From Mycobacterium sp. (GTDB lineage Bacteria; Actinomycetota; Actinomycetes; Mycobacteriales; Mycobacteriaceae): 57,447 nt of DNA. Where the stretch lies: the NCBI GenBank assembly GCA_023264765.1, contig JAHFVC010000002.1, positions 1 to 57,447 of the forward strand, written 5' to 3'. The position numbers and the translations under genes were made by a program. Position 1 is the first letter of the stretch. Each line of letters starts with the position of its first letter. Below the pieces are notes generated by a model. That model was not told where the DNA came from. It did not search any database and worked only from the letters and a program-made list of their open reading frames with translations. Below, piece by piece: positions 54,649-57,447 of the stretch.

Positions 54649-55410
54649 ATGAACATCGGCGGAAGCTGGCACTCGGGGAATAGCGACATCGACGGTCGCG
54701 TTCCCCATGGCACCGAGCAGTCGGCGGAAACGGCCGGCTGTTCCACCGATACGGAGGATCTGACGAACACCACAACGCGCCTGGCCACCCCGGTCTCGAT
54801 GCCCCATCTGGAGCAGTACGCGGACGATTGGGTTGAACCTTCCGACGAGCTGTCCGGAACGGCTGTCTTCGACGCCACCGGCGACAAAGCCGCCATGCCT
54901 TCGTGGGACGAGCTCGTACGCCAGCATGCCGACCGGGTGTACCGGCTGGCCTACCGCTTGTCGGGTAACCAGCAGGACGCCGAGGACCTGACGCAGGAAA
55001 CCTTCATCCGGGTGTTCCGCTCGGTGCACAACTACCAGGCCGGCACCTTCGAGGGCTGGCTGCACCGCATCACCACGAACCTGTTCCTGGACATGGTCCG
55101 CCGCCGCGCCCGCATCCGCATGGAGGCGCTGCCAGAGGACTACGACCGGGTGCCCGCCGAGGATCCCAACCCCGAGCAGATCTTCCATGATTCGCGCTTG
55201 GGTCCGGACCTGCAGGCCGCCCTGGACTCGCTGCCGCCGGAGTTCCGCGCCGCCGTCGTCCTGTGCGACATCGAAGGGTTGTCCTACGAGGAGATCGGCG
55301 CAACCTTGGGCGTCAAGCTGGGCACCGTGCGCAGCCGCATCCACCGCGGACGCCAGGCGTTACGCGAATATCTGGCGAAGCACCCCGAGACGCTGACGAC
55401 GTCCGCCTGA
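54649..55410 (+). CDS. sigE: ECF sigma factor SigE (shorter downstream starts likely)
   Basis: [34 protein letters not shown] and [15 protein letters not shown]. Confidence 0.95.
   Translation: MNIGGSWHSGNSDIDGRVPHGTEQSAETAGCSTDTEDLTNTTTRLATPVSMPHLEQYADDWVEPSDELSGTAVFDATGDKAAMPSWDELVRQHADRVYRLAYRLSGNQQDAEDLTQETFIRVFRSVHNYQAGTFEGWLHRITTNLFLDMVRRRARIRMEALPEDYDRVPAEDPNPEQIFHDSRLGPDLQAALDSLPPEFRAAVVLCDIEGLSYEEIGATLGVKLGTVRSRIHRGRQALREYLAKHPETLTTSA
54677..54702 (+). promoter_or_regulatory. SigH/SigE-type internal promoter of sigE
   Basis: GGAAT-N17-CGTT inside the N-terminal extension, as for the known internal sigE promoter. Confidence 0.65.
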
Positions 55411-55498
55411 GCGTCGTACGTGTGGGGTACAGCTTCCCGCGCTACATTCAAAAGAACAGTGTGCGCGTCTGACGCGATGGCCAGAGAGGAGCTGGGTG

Positions 55499-57447
<1,949 letters not shown>

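Overview
High-GC actinobacterial chromosome segment, most likely from a fast-growing Mycobacterium/Mycolicibacterium. It is syntenic with M. tuberculosis Rv1173-Rv1223: fbiC, fadH-padR, fdxC-dapC, fadD36, dapD/dapE, LOG-fadD6-folP2-gpgS-Rv1209-tag-Rv1211, glgM/glgC, the raaS efflux operon, Rv1220c and sigE-rseA-htrA. Accessory content sits inside this backbone. (1) A giant ~3713-aa predicted secreted mosaic protein (signal peptide, six Ig-like repeats, three YVTN beta-propellers, a ~1500-aa PGRS-like Gly-rich stalk without a PE domain, and a C-terminal GYSQG serine-hydrolase tip) lies in a 12.6-kb block bracketed by an inverted pair of REP-like repeats. (2) An orphan type VII secretion substrate cluster (EspC-like, EspJ-like, a duplicated-domain membrane protein, EspK-like) has no ESX machinery in the window. 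(3) A fused PutA with a LysR regulator sits in the interval where M. tuberculosis has split pruA/pruB. (4) A hydrolase-LuxR/methyltransferase module and an ABC-F gene with an attenuator-like leader are also present. No rRNA, tRNA, CRISPR, transposase or integrase was seen. All family and ortholog assignments come from motif recognition and recalled sequences, not from database searches.
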